DNA of 64,000 nt from a virus (Duplodnaviria > Heunggongvirae > Uroviricota > Caudoviricetes), in the IMG/VR virus record IMGVR_UViG_2576861478_000002. The stretch is one strand, 5' to 3'. Shown piece after piece: positions 46,507 to 56,631 of the stretch. The notes beneath the pieces were generated by a model. It made no database searches. It was not told the DNA's origin and saw nothing but the letters and a program-made list of their open reading frames with translations. Made by a program: the position numbers and the translations under genes. Within the stretch, counting starts at the first letter, position 1. Each line of letters begins with the position of its first letter.

Positions 46507-48362
46507 GTGTGCCAGGCATGGCAACTATCTAGGTGGTGGAAGTCCACTGTGGGGGTACACATCGACCAACCACTAAGGAAGCGCAAGGTACTTACCGTGA
46601 GGTTAGGGCTGGAGGAAGCGTGGAATAAAATCTTGGCTCGACGAACAGAAACCTGATATGAAGGCTTTATAAAGGGATGAGGCTCCATAACAAGTTAAAG
46701 TCCAAAAGATGTGCGTAACTTTGTAGAGTAAATCAGGCGAGTAAAAGAGGAAAGATAGTTGCCTTACCCTGGGAGATCTTGCGGATGTACTAACAGTACA
46801 GTCGAAAATGGTTAACCGCAAGAAGTCAGCCGAAGCCATAGTAGTGGAACAAATTCATGAAGGGCCGAACAGTTTATAGTGTTTCAACGCCATGAATGCG
46901 TAAGTGACATACTCCGAATATGTTAATGATGAAAGTATGAGCGTATCTCAAAGGATAATCAAAATGGAGTTGTCACTTACTACGTGAAGGGAAAGGAGAA
47001 ACGAGTGTGGAACTCTTAGAAGCAATTTTAAGCAACAAAAATATGAATGAAGCCTACTTACGCGTTTATAAAAACAAAGGTGTTAGTGGAGTTGATGGTG
47101 TAACAGTCGAAGAACTAAAGCAATATCTGAAAGAGCACAAGGACGAGCTACGTCAGCGCATTAGAACAAGGAAATACCAACCACAAGCTGCCTTAAGAGT
47201 GGAAATCCCAAAAGAGAATGGCAAGATGCGCAAGCTGGGAATACCAACAGTAGTGGATAGAGTCGTTCAACAAGCCATTCATCAAATACTCAGCCCGATA
47301 TTTGAGAAGCAGTTCAGTGAATTCAGTTATGGTTTTAGACCAAAAAGAAGTTGTGAGATGGCAATTGTTAAAAGCTTGGAATTTCTAAACAACGGATATG
47401 ATTGGATAGTAGATATTGATTTGGAGAGATTCTTTGACACAGTTCATCACGATAAATTGATGCGAATTATATCTAACTCAATACATGACGGAGACGTCAT
47501 CTCTCTCATAAGAAAGTATCTAGTCAGTGGAGTTATGGTGAATGGGAAATATGAAGAAACACCAGTCGGAACTCCGCAAGGAGGCAATCTCAGCCCTTTA
47601 CTGAGTAACATTATGTTGAACGAACTGGATAAGGAACTCGAGGGTAGAGGACTTCAATTTGTGAGATACGCTGATGACGCTCTTATCTTTGTGAGGAGTG
47701 AGAAGGCAGCGGGCAGAGTGATGAAATCAATCGTGAGATTCATAGAAAAGAAACTAGGCTTGATAGTCAATACAGAAAAGAGTAAAATCTCTCGGCCAAA
47801 AGATTTAAAATTTTTAGGGTTTGGATATTATTACACCCTCAAGGATAAGAGATATCAAACGAAACCACATCCAATCTCGGTACAAAAATTTCAAAGAAAA
47901 TTGCACCAACTGACAAAACGAAGCTGGAGTGTACCGTTAGACTATCGAATATTGAAACTTAAACAAGTGATATTTGGATGGGTCAATTACTTCAGGAGTA
48001 CAAATATGAAAGGTGTTCTGGAGCGAGTAGACCAGAAGCTCCGCTCCAGAATTAGGGTGATTATCTGGAAGCAATGGAAAGTACCGAAGAAACAAATCAA
48101 ATCGCTTGTTCAACTAGGGATTCCGGAGGAAGAAGCGAAGGGATTAACCTACTGTCGAAAGGGCTTCCGATATATAGGGTTATCGAAAGTTGTTCAAAGA
48201 GCCATCTCAAATCAAAGACTAAAGAAGAGGGGAGTCCCTTCTTCTTTAGAACGCTATCTAAAAGTTCACACTGTAATATAAACTGAACCGCCGTATACGG
48301 AACCGTATGTACGGTGGTGTGAGAGGGGCGAGAATAATTACTTTATTTTCCCTCTACTCGAT
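46507..48362 (+). mobile_element. group II intron, bacterial class C (IIC) type
   Basis: 5' GUGUG directly after a terminator. ~500 nt GC-rich domain I-III region. RT/maturase ORF in domain IV. Domain V-like ACCGCCGUAUACGGAACCGUAUGUACGGUGGU at 48286..48317. Domain VI with a bulged A ~48356. 3' end is +/-5 nt. Confidence 0.8.
47007..48281 (+). CDS. group II intron reverse transcriptase/maturase (no En domain)
   Basis: RT blocks 0-7 incl. YADD (FVRYADDALIF). X/maturase region present. Ends at domain V. Confidence 0.9.
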   Translation: MELLEAILSNKNMNEAYLRVYKNKGVSGVDGVTVEELKQYLKEHKDELRQRIRTRKYQPQAALRVEIPKENGKMRKLGIPTVVDRVVQQAIHQILSPIFEKQFSEFSYGFRPKRSCEMAIVKSLEFLNNGYDWIVDIDLERFFDTVHHDKLMRIISNSIHDGDVISLIRKYLVSGVMVNGKYEETPVGTPQGGNLSPLLSNIMLNELDKELEGRGLQFVRYADDALIFVRSEKAAGRVMKSIVRFIEKKLGLIVNTEKSKISRPKDLKFLGFGYYYTLKDKRYQTKPHPISVQKFQRKLHQLTKRSWSVPLDYRILKLKQVIFGWVNYFRSTNMKGVLERVDQKLRSRIRVIIWKQWKVPKKQIKSLVQLGIPEEEAKGLTYCRKGFRYIGLSKVVQRAISNQRLKKRGVPSSLERYLKVHTVI

Positions 48363-48379
48363 TGAGAGGAGGTGAGAGT

Positions 48380-48610
48380 ATGAGAAACTTTGATGCAGCT
48401 TCAATTAGTCGCTATGTCGTATTGGTGATTGCTGTGATTAATAGTGTCTTAAATCTTGTGGGATACCAAGCGATTGATGACAAAATTACAAACGATTTAG
48501 TAGCTGTGATTACAGGAGCATTCACTTTGTATATGGCTTGGAAGAACAACTATTTGAGCAACAAAGGATTACAACAAAAAGATGTATTAGAAAAAAATGA
48601 CTTACACTAA
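48380..48610 (+). CDS. phage holin
   Basis: Two TM segments; directly upstream of the endolysin. ATG after GAGAGGAGGTGAG. Confidence 0.7.
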   Translation: MRNFDAASISRYVVLVIAVINSVLNLVGYQAIDDKITNDLVAVITGAFTLYMAWKNNYLSNKGLQQKDVLEKNDLH

Positions 48611-48627
48611 AAGGGAGATGTTCAATA

Positions 48628-49560
48628 ATGGAAATCAGAAAAAAATTAGTTGATTCAAGTAAATATGGTACAAAGTGTCCTTATACAATGAATCCGGAAT
48701 TTATTACAGTCCACAATACTTACAACGATGCTACAGCAGAAAACGAAGTAGCTTATATGATTCGTAATGATAACCAAGTTTCATTTCATGTTGCGGTAGA
48801 TGATAAAGAAGCTGTACAAGGTCTGCCTTTAGAGCGTAATGCATGGGCTTGTGGTGATGGAAACGGTTCAGGTAATCGAGAGTCTATTAGTGTAGAAATC
48901 TGTTATTCTTTAAGTGGTGGAGAGAGATATTATAAAGCGGAAGACAATGCAACTATCGTTGTAGCTCAACTAATGAAACAGTACAATATTCCAATTCATA
49001 AAGTCCGTACACATCAATCATGGAGTGGGAAGTACTGTCCTCACCGTATGTTGGCAGAAGGACGTTGGACTAACTTTATTGAAAGAGTCCAAAATGCATG
49101 CAATGGAGATGGTAAAGTAACTCCTACGCTTATTCCACCGTCAAATAATGGGACAGGTATTGCGTATATTGAGGGGAATGGCATTAACCTTCGTAAAGGT
49201 CCAGGTACTGGATATGGCGTTATTCGTCAATTAGGTAAAGGTGAGGCCTACGAAGTATGGGGCCAATCAAATGGATGGTTAAACCTTGGTGGCGATCAGT
49301 GGATTTATAATGATTCATCATACATTCGTTATACAGGAGGAAAAGTACCAGCATCTTCTAAACCTTTAAATGATGGCGTTGGTGTAGTGACTATTACAAC
49401 TGATGTATTACGTGTTCGTAAAGGTCCAGGAACTAACTATGGCATCGTGAAAAAAGTGTATCAAGGTGAAAAATATCAAACGTGGGGATATAGAGACGGT
49501 TGGTATAATGTTGGAGGCGACCAATGGGTTTCTGGTGAATATGTGAAGTTTGAAAAATAA
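48628..49560 (+). CDS. endolysin: N-acetylmuramoyl-L-alanine amidase (PGRP/amidase_2) + two SH3b-like wall-binding repeats
   Basis: Amidase_2 motifs in the N-terminal ~160 aa. Duplicated GNGINLRKGPGTGYGV..WxxxNGWxNxGGDQW modules. Confidence 0.9.
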   Translation: MEIRKKLVDSSKYGTKCPYTMNPEFITVHNTYNDATAENEVAYMIRNDNQVSFHVAVDDKEAVQGLPLERNAWACGDGNGSGNRESISVEICYSLSGGERYYKAEDNATIVVAQLMKQYNIPIHKVRTHQSWSGKYCPHRMLAEGRWTNFIERVQNACNGDGKVTPTLIPPSNNGTGIAYIEGNGINLRKGPGTGYGVIRQLGKGEAYEVWGQSNGWLNLGGDQWIYNDSSYIRYTGGKVPASSKPLNDGVGVVTITTDVLRVRKGPGTNYGIVKKVYQGEKYQTWGYRDGWYNVGGDQWVSGEYVKFEK

Positions 49561-49720
49561 AACATATTACTGTATAAAAGAATAGTTTTATAAAAAATAT
49601 TATCTGATTCTATAGGTAGGTACGTATATCTTGACTATTATATTTGCAAATGTTACCATAAATGTACACCGTTTCTTATTTTTATATTTATGGTAAGTAT
49701 CCGTAAAATTAACCTAAAAA

Positions 49721-49765
49721 ATCCCCTCTTGCACTCATATGCAGAAGGGGATTTTTATTTTAATT
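49721..49765. terminator. bidirectional terminator
   Basis: AAAAATCCCCTCTTGCACTCATATGCAGAAGGGGATTTTTATTTT. Confidence 0.55.
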
Positions 49766-49835
49766 TGCTTTTAATATAGGGTTTATGATTGGAGCCTATG
49801 TGTATGTGAAATAGGGAATAGAAAAAAAGCATTCG

Positions 49836-49868
49836 TCCCCAAGAATGCTTTTTTTCAATAGATTTATC
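49836..49868 (+). terminator. terminator
   Basis: AAGCATTC..GAATGCTT followed by TTTTTT. Confidence 0.45.
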
Positions 49869-50172
49869 ATAAAAGGAGAAAAAATCACTGTCCATTTTAT
49901 TATATGTAGGTACACCGTGTAATATGCGAAAAAGACACCTTCCCCAGTTGAAGCTGTCTTTTTCGTGTTGAAAGTTCTTTAGATGTCAATTATAGAGTAT
50001 GCAGTTTACATACACTATATTCCACAATACCCCATGCGCTCCCCTGATAAACACAGTTATGTCATAAAAGTTGTTGGCAATCGCCCGATCTTTCACAAGT
50101 TGTGGGATGTGTAAACCAAGTTTTGCGCGTGGGTGATTATTTTATATCTTCCTGTGTATCTCGTCAAGTTGT

Positions 50173-50373
50173 TTAGAATAACGAGAGTTGTTCACCTTCT
50201 ATTTGTTGAACGTCTATTTGCCATTGGTATAGGTTACCCATTCTTCTTTTTAATTCAGTTTCTATTCCGTGTTTTGCATGCTCAACTGTTGGTGCGTAAA
50301 TTTCAATAAACTTTTCTTTGTATTGTTGCCCACTGGGAGAGAAAACACTATAAACGATTTGATATTTTTTCAT
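50173..50373 (-). CDS. hypothetical protein
   Basis: Isolated minus-strand ORF with an AGGTGATACAGC-like RBS. Confidence 0.3.
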   Translation of the reverse strand: MKKYQIVYSVFSPSGQQYKEKFIEIYAPTVEHAKHGIETELKRRMGNLYQWQIDVQQIEGEQLSLF

Positions 50374-50743
50374 GCTGTATCACCTCGAAAGTTGTATAGA
50401 TAGCAGTATAGCAACTGTATTGTTAGTATGGTAAAGAGATGTGGTTTTTAACAACCTATTGGAAAAAGAAAAAACACCTCATTATGAAGTGTCTTTTCCT
50501 GTGTTTCAATCCAAAAGAAAGATGACAGAACTACAATTCTTGTAAGACACCAAAAGGGAACTACAGAGATGTATTCTCAATAAGGGTATATAACAGCACA
50601 TAGAGTAGGGCAAGTATTACTAAGATATTCCCGGGCAACAAATTGGAGAAGTAAATCGTCGTATTAATGATAACCGAAATCGTTTTAAAGATACTGTAGA
50701 TATTATTGATATTAGGGCTAATGGGTTTGAGCCATTAGGTCGA

Positions 50744-51310
50744 TTGGCTGGATATACAAAACAATCATTTAATCAATCGAAGAACATCTACCTCCTCTCC
50801 GAACGAGGATACGCAAAGCTTTTAAAAATCCTTGAAGATGATACAGCATGGGAATTATACGATCAGTTTGTAGATGGATATTTCAATATGAGAGAACAGA
50901 AACAAATCCCTACAGACCCAATGAGTATTTTAAAACTAACATTTGATGCGTTAGAAGGACAAAAGCAAGAACTCCAGCACATCAAATCAGATGTCAAAGA
51001 CTTACGAGAAAACGCACCATTATTCGCAGTAGAGTGCGATGAAATATCCAATGCAGTAAAACGTTATGGTGTTGTATTACTTGGTGGTAAGAATTCTAAT
51101 GCTTATCAAGACCGTGGTTTGAGATCAAAAGTTTATAAAGACATCTATAGACAGTTGTATAGAGAGTTTGGAGTAACAAGTCATAAAGCGATTAAACGTG
51201 GTCATTTGGAGTTAGCATCAAAAATCGTTGAAGAATACACATTACCAATTGTATTAAGTGAAGAAATTACTTTTGTAAATTCACAAATAAATATGGCGGT
51301 AGTTCAGTAG
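50744..51310 (+). pseudogene. N-terminally truncated antirepressor (KilA-C/ORF6C domain only); duplicate of the ant 3' part
   Basis: ~520 bp ~90% identical to 16830..17348. Homology continues upstream in frame, without a start and with a stop at 50621. No RBS. Confidence 0.5.
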
Positions 51311-51322
51311 GAGGAAAAGAAA

Positions 51323-51520
51323 ATGAAAGAAACTAAATATTTTGTACTTCATAACAGAGGATATGGTTTAAACGCTTACGAGTGTGAATCAAAAATTGAA
51401 GCGAGTCGTATGATTAAGGGGTTAATAGAAGATGGTGAACCAGCATCTTCTATTATACTTACACAACAAGTTGCATTAAAAACAAAGATTCAAAGTGTAA
51501 TAGTTGAGATTGATGACTAA
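51323..51520 (+). CDS. hypothetical protein
   Basis: GGAGGAAAAG RBS; positional homolog of 17357..17545. Confidence 0.4.
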   Translation: MKETKYFVLHNRGYGLNAYECESKIEASRMIKGLIEDGEPASSIILTQQVALKTKIQSVIVEIDD

Positions 51521-51704
51521 TCATACGCTAAGTTTATTCAGAAGGGGAAGTGATTTAGTGGAAGATACAACATCGTTAGTAGTATTCGCAATGTTTATCG
51601 CATGCAGTGCATTGTTGCTTTACATTACTTACGAACCAATAAAACGATGGGCATGGAGTGATGTTGAACAAAAGGAAAAGACCCAAGGCAATGGGTCCCT
51701 TTAG
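51504..51704 (+). CDS. small membrane protein (putative)
   Basis: TM segment VVFAMFIACSALLLYI. Confidence 0.3.
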   Translation: MRLMTNHTLSLFRRGSDLVEDTTSLVVFAMFIACSALLLYITYEPIKRWAWSDVEQKEKTQGNGSL

Positions 51705-51750
51705 AAAAACACTTGATGTTAGTATACCACGGAAAGTAGGGAAATAGTAC

Positions 51751-51927
51751 ATGGATTTAATTGAATATCAAGTGCTATTACCTAATGAGTTTTGGGACTT
51801 AGCAAAAAGCAACGATGAATTAATGCAAATGATTGAACAGTATTTCAGTGTTGGTTATCCACATTATGAAATTCAAAGAATTATCAAAAGCGGACAAGCA
51901 TATGTGGCGGTTTGTTCAAGGAGGTAA
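51751..51927 (+). CDS. small hypothetical protein (58 aa)
   Basis: ATG ORF below the track cutoff. Confidence 0.25.
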   Translation: MDLIEYQVLLPNEFWDLAKSNDELMQMIEQYFSVGYPHYEIQRIIKSGQAYVAVCSRR

Positions 51928-51933
51928 ATATTT

Positions 51934-52650
51934 ATGTCAAACGTAGTAACTGAAATTGGTGGGTTAAATTTCAAAGGTAATGTGGTAGATCATGAATGGT
52001 TTAATTACATCACTTTTAGTAATGGTAAGCCTCACATTGTAGCGATTATGGTATTGAGTGAAATTGTTTATTGGTATCGTCCTACAGTTATTCGAGATGA
52101 AATAGATGGGAAAGTAACTTACAAGAAAAAATTTAAAGCGGACAAGTTGCAAAAAAATTATCAACAGTTAGCCGATACTTTTGGATTTACAAAATTACAA
52201 GTGAAAAGAGCATGTGATTTATTAACTGATATGCTACTTGTCAAAATCGAGTTTAGGACTATTAGCGCTGATGGGAAAATTTTGAATAACGTAATGTTTG
52301 TGGAACCTGTACCAACAGAAATAAGGAAAATTTCTAGTATGTATCAAGAGATAAAAGAAGACCCTGGTTACTTAGAAGTAAATAGGGTGGTTACTTCTAA
52401 ATCAAGACCCTCTTCACTTACAAGTAAGGAGTCTCCTAACTTCAAAGTAAAGACAAATACAGAGATTACTACAAAGAGTACTACAGAGAATGTAAGTAGT
52501 AGTAGCATCTTCTCTTTCTACGAAAATAATTTCGGTATTTTAAATTCATTCATAGCCGAAAGTCTTTCGCAATGGGTAAATGAGACAAGCGAAGAACTTG
52601 TACTAGCAGCAATGGAACGTGCTTTGAACCCGCAGAAGAAATGGAATTAG
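51934..52650 (+). CDS. DnaD-domain replication initiation protein
   Basis: C-terminal DnaD-like region LSQWVNETSEELVLAAMERALN; AGGAGG RBS. Confidence 0.7.
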   Translation: MSNVVTEIGGLNFKGNVVDHEWFNYITFSNGKPHIVAIMVLSEIVYWYRPTVIRDEIDGKVTYKKKFKADKLQKNYQQLADTFGFTKLQVKRACDLLTDMLLVKIEFRTISADGKILNNVMFVEPVPTEIRKISSMYQEIKEDPGYLEVNRVVTSKSRPSSLTSKESPNFKVKTNTEITTKSTTENVSSSSIFSFYENNFGILNSFIAESLSQWVNETSEELVLAAMERALNPQKKWN

Positions 52651-52759
52651 GCTGAGGGCATTTTAAAGCAGTGGGTTAATAAAAATATTCGTCCTTTAGC
52701 TGATGTTACGGCAGCAGAAATAGAGTTTAAAAACAAAGGTAAAAAAGGAGCGAAACGAA

Positions 52760-53635
52760 ATGGCAACACCAATGAAAAAGCTGGCAGAATCCCTGGAATT
52801 GAAGGTGAATTACCATTCTGATCAATGTATGAATCACTCTTATGAAATAGGTGGACAAAAAATCATTAAGCCAGTTCAAATGATTGAATACAGAGGACAA
52901 GTTGTTTGCCCTAGATGCGTAGTTGAACAAAACAACAAAGTTTTAGAAGAACAGGCTAATGCTCACTATAAAAAAATTAACCGTTTGCAAAAATTTAACA
53001 TGCTGGAAAAGGCTAGTGTTATTACAAATAAGAAAATTCCTCTTTCAAGATTATCTGATTACAGAACCGGGTGTGATGAAACGATTAGTCACAAGAAAGC
53101 TATAGAAGAAACTTTGGAGGATTTAAAGAACGGAGAAATTAGAAAAGTTGTATTTACAGGAAATCAAGGGACGGCAAAGAGTTTCTTAGCATACAGCATG
53201 CTTCATGAATTAAATCAATATTTCTGGGATATCAGTCAGGGAGAAGAAAACTATCATCTTATGAAAAGTTGTTTATATGTGGAATTAGAAGCAATAACAA
53301 GGATGATTATGGATTCTTTCGATGATAAGAGCAGTAAATATACACTTCAATATTTTGTTCAATTAATTGGCCAAGCTGATTTTGTAGTGTTGGATGATCT
53401 TGGGGCGGAAAGTGGTTCGACAGATTCAAATAGACAAGCTTCAGATTTCATCCAACGTCTTTTATATGCGGTATCAAATGCTAGACAAGGAATGAGTACC
53501 TTTACCACTACAAACTTTACTGGAAAACAACTTTTTAATAAATATGATGCTAAAACCGTTAGTCGCTTATTAGGTGATTCAAAGGTTTTGAAATTCACCA
53601 CAGCGGATCAAAGACTTGCAAATTTAGGTTTCTAA
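52760..53635 (+). CDS. DnaC/DnaI-like helicase loader ATPase with N-terminal zinc ribbon
   Basis: CxxH..CPRC N-terminus. P-loop-like GNQGTAKS. Walker B VVLDDLG. Confidence 0.7.
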   Translation: MATPMKKLAESLELKVNYHSDQCMNHSYEIGGQKIIKPVQMIEYRGQVVCPRCVVEQNNKVLEEQANAHYKKINRLQKFNMLEKASVITNKKIPLSRLSDYRTGCDETISHKKAIEETLEDLKNGEIRKVVFTGNQGTAKSFLAYSMLHELNQYFWDISQGEENYHLMKSCLYVELEAITRMIMDSFDDKSSKYTLQYFVQLIGQADFVVLDDLGAESGSTDSNRQASDFIQRLLYAVSNARQGMSTFTTTNFTGKQLFNKYDAKTVSRLLGDSKVLKFTTADQRLANLGF

Positions 53636-53650
53636 GAAGGAGGAATAATC

Positions 53651-53845
53651 ATGTGTGTATTATGTCGTGATAAAGGAATTATTCGTAAAGAAATTTATTC
53701 AGGTGTAACTCTAACGGAAGGTTGTAACTGTGAAGTAGCAAAGCAACAACAAGAAGAAAATGATAAGCGTTGGAAAGCGTACTTAATTAAATTTGAGGCA
53801 ATGAAGCAAGATTTACAACTTAATCAGCAACAAAAAGTTAGCTAA
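53651..53845 (+). CDS. Cys-rich hypothetical protein
   Basis: CVLCRDKG..CNC; AAGGAGG RBS. Confidence 0.4.
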   Translation: MCVLCRDKGIIRKEIYSGVTLTEGCNCEVAKQQQEENDKRWKAYLIKFEAMKQDLQLNQQQKVS

Positions 53846-54058
53846 CAAGAAAAAGGGGGATATCAGTCGTATGAAGCCTACGAAAGTTGAAATCGATGTT
53901 AATGATAATAAAATTTACGTGGTCAAAAATGGTGAAGTTACTCCGCTGAATCCTCCAGCAACAGGATTTGGTGAACAAATCATTACGTGGCAAAGTGGGA
54001 AGGTTGATCGCGTATCAACTACGTATACGGAAAAAATCAAATAACTGGAGATGCGATT

Positions 54059-54313
54059 ATGAAGCAATTATCGATTGATGATGTAATAGGGAGTTTTTGC
54101 TACAACGCCATAAGCACCAGTGAAAAGTTTTTAAATCCAAGTTTTGAAGTGCATTTTTACGATAAAGAAGAACGACAAAAAATGGATTGTTTTGATGCTA
54201 AAACTGAAGTGGAAGCTTGGAATGCAGCGTTAGAAGAGCACGGCAAGTGTATTCAGAAGATTAGGATAACTCATTCAAATCGTACTAGGACAGAATTTTT
54301 GGCACTCGATTAG
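54059..54313 (+). CDS. hypothetical protein
   Basis: ORF with RBS. Confidence 0.4.
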   Translation: MKQLSIDDVIGSFCYNAISTSEKFLNPSFEVHFYDKEERQKMDCFDAKTEVEAWNAALEEHGKCIQKIRITHSNRTRTEFLALD

Positions 54314-54321
54314 GAGGGAGA

Positions 54322-54786
54322 ATGGTGGCGGCTTTAAATCGATGGTTAACCGATGAAGAATATGCAAGGGCTTTATCTAATGGAATTAGTAGGAAAACGT
54401 TACATTATCGTGTTTATGAAGCGGATTGGGATTTAGAAGAAGCATTAACAGCACCGCCAGGAAGCGTAAGACATAACAAGTTTGAGGGAGTGCACACGAA
54501 ATGGCGTAGAATCGCTGAGGCGAATGGGATAAACGCAGCTACATTTTACAGTAGATTAAATAGCGGTTGGGGATATCAAGAGGCCTCTACGAAACCAGCT
54601 ATAAAAAGAAAAGGTTTGGGAAAAGTGTGGTTAGAACGAGCTAAGCCCAATGGAATTGGCTATTGCACGTTTATGACAAGAGTAATCACTAGAAAATGGG
54701 ATATAGAAAAGGCTGTAACAACACCAGTAATTAGAACTGGAAAAAATGCCTCAGTACGATTCGAGAAATCGATTGTGAGAAACTGA
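54322..54786 (+). CDS. hypothetical repeat protein (paralog of 21008..21565)
   Basis: Three NGI..T...R...W..E.A.TxP repeats. Confidence 0.5.
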   Translation: MVAALNRWLTDEEYARALSNGISRKTLHYRVYEADWDLEEALTAPPGSVRHNKFEGVHTKWRRIAEANGINAATFYSRLNSGWGYQEASTKPAIKRKGLGKVWLERAKPNGIGYCTFMTRVITRKWDIEKAVTTPVIRTGKNASVRFEKSIVRN

Positions 54787-54812
54787 AGGAATTAGAAAAG
54801 GAGCTGGAGATA

Positions 54813-55025
54813 ATGAAGGAAGTAATCAAGGAATATATAAATCAATTGCAACAATCAGCGATGGAAAACAGAAAGGAATCAGACAAAGCGTATGAAGTTG
54901 GAGATTTAGGTTTATCAGGTTACTATCGTGGTCAATGGATTGCGAATGAGGGAACAGCAATTGCATTAGAGACTATCTTAAATCAACACAGAGGGAAAAG
55001 TGTGGATTCAGATCTATTAAAGTAA
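54813..55025 (+). CDS. hypothetical protein
   Basis: AAAAGGAG RBS. Confidence 0.4.
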   Translation: MKEVIKEYINQLQQSAMENRKESDKAYEVGDLGLSGYYRGQWIANEGTAIALETILNQHRGKSVDSDLLK

Positions 55026-55063
55026 GACCAAATTTGAATTTTGTTAAGAAATGAGGAATCGTA

Positions 55064-55255
55064 GTGAAAATGGTACGTAGACGTGCGGTTATTCGTTTAG
55101 AAAAGCAACGAAAAAGCGAAGATAGATTCAGTGTGATTAGATGGGAAGTACACATAAATTTAGGTAAACGTAATTATAAGACTAAAGATATATTAGGTGC
55201 GTATCAAGATATGCAAGCCACCATGAACAAAGTGGAAAGCATAATGATGGATTAG
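55064..55255 (+). CDS. hypothetical protein
   Basis: GAGGAA RBS; GTG/ATG start. Confidence 0.35.
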   Translation: MKMVRRRAVIRLEKQRKSEDRFSVIRWEVHINLGKRNYKTKDILGAYQDMQATMNKVESIMMD

Positions 55256-55306
55256 TTTTATAACAAAAGCGTTATTTGAATAAAAAACAAAGGGGAGGAA
55301 TTAGAG

Positions 55307-55705
55307 GTGGAAGCGTTAGACTTAGGCGGACTTAAAAGCAATTGGAGAGCATTTAAAGAATTACTGGAAAGTAAACACCAAGATTATTTAACGGAGTATT
55401 ACTTTGTCTTTAGAGAAGATGATTGTGGGGATGAAGCATATGCATTCACGAGTCATACTGATTTAGATGAATGGTTATCTAAAAAGTTTTGGGAATGGGA
55501 GCGTTATGATACTAGGAATATTGAAGAATCAATGAATGACATATTTGTATGGAAACTAATTTCTGAAAGTGATTTTAAACGTTTAAGTTCTTTATATAAG
55601 GGTGCAAGAAAAACGGGAATTGAGATCGATGGGGAAAGATACTACCGAAAGTTGATACCAGTGAGTGTAGAACCTACAGTAGTTGTTTCAACTAATTTTT
55701 ATTAA
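55307..55705 (+). CDS. hypothetical protein
   Basis: AAAGGGGAGG RBS. Confidence 0.45.
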   Translation: MEALDLGGLKSNWRAFKELLESKHQDYLTEYYFVFREDDCGDEAYAFTSHTDLDEWLSKKFWEWERYDTRNIEESMNDIFVWKLISESDFKRLSSLYKGARKTGIEIDGERYYRKLIPVSVEPTVVVSTNFY

Positions 55706-55729
55706 AAAGGATCGAAAAGGGGAACGGAA

Positions 55730-56152
55730 ATGAAACCTACATTTGAAATGATAAAGAATGAACATGGTGGGGTTGAGATGACTTATACAACGAGTGGAGG
55801 GAAGCAATCTTCCACTTACTTCCCTGGTCCTCCAGAAGATATAGATCATGTTTGCTTGGACTATATGAAAGGTCGCTTTGCAAACGTTAGAACGTTGAAG
55901 CAAGTAGAATTTATAAAACGAAAATATAAAGAAGCTTATCAAACAGTATTCGGTGCAATGGAAGAATTAAAAGCAGGTGACAAGGTAGTGATGCACACTT
56001 GCTTAGAAGCGAAGCGTTATGAGGGAAAAGTTTGGACTTGTAGAACAGATCAATTTAAAGCAAATAGTGGTTCGCAAGTGGTGTTTTTAGAAGGATTTAG
56101 TGGTTACTTCTCAGTTAAGTATTTGCAGCGTATTAGCTTGTTAGAAAACTAA
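55730..56152 (+). CDS. hypothetical protein
   Basis: AAAAGGGGAACGGAA RBS. Confidence 0.45.
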   Translation: MKPTFEMIKNEHGGVEMTYTTSGGKQSSTYFPGPPEDIDHVCLDYMKGRFANVRTLKQVEFIKRKYKEAYQTVFGAMEELKAGDKVVMHTCLEAKRYEGKVWTCRTDQFKANSGSQVVFLEGFSGYFSVKYLQRISLLEN

Positions 56153-56327
56153 ACAAAATAGTTATTTGAATAGAAAGGGAGAAAATATGGAACCTTCAAT
56201 AGAATCAATTAAGGCTAAATGTGACGAAGCTGTTGAAAATGCATTTACTAGTAACCCTTTAGTGATGTTAGAAGTAGATACAATTTATTGGTTAATTGAA
56301 AAGGCACAAGAAAAAGGAGAATAAGAT

Positions 56328-56594
56328 ATGGAATTTTATAAAATGTCTTTTGGCGGAGATCAGGATATAAAAGTTATCCTGGCCAATAGCAAATATGAAG
56401 CTGCAGGATATTATTTAATGCATTGTCATAATGGATGCGGATATATGGATGACGTGGTGTTAGAAACAATGCATCCAGATGAAAAAATTGAAGTTTCTTG
56501 TGTCGGATTTCCAGTATATCAAACATTAGAAGAATTATATAAAGAGAAAGAATTTGGTGATACACCATGCGTTATTGTCGGATTAGCAAATTAG
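56328..56594 (+). CDS. hypothetical protein
   Basis: AAAAAGGAGAA RBS. Confidence 0.4.
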   Translation: MEFYKMSFGGDQDIKVILANSKYEAAGYYLMHCHNGCGYMDDVVLETMHPDEKIEVSCVGFPVYQTLEELYKEKEFGDTPCVIVGLAN

Positions 56595-56631
56595 AAAACT
56601 AAACAAAATTCTTATTTTGGAGGGAAACGGA

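Larger units (their letters stand above)
13571..49770. mobile_element. complete siphovirus-like prophage (HK97-type head, long-tail module) integrated at the guaA 3' end
   Basis: Integrase lies immediately after the guaA stop. Ordered lysogeny, replication, morons, packaging, head, tail and lysis modules follow, ending at a terminator cluster ~49.72..49.87 kb. Confidence 0.8.

Noticed and set aside
46503-46839. Two minus-strand ORFs (61 and 78 aa) and the + ORF 48074..48286
   Set aside because: All lie inside the group II intron ribozyme domains or overlap the RT ORF in another frame. Structured GC-rich RNA, not coding.
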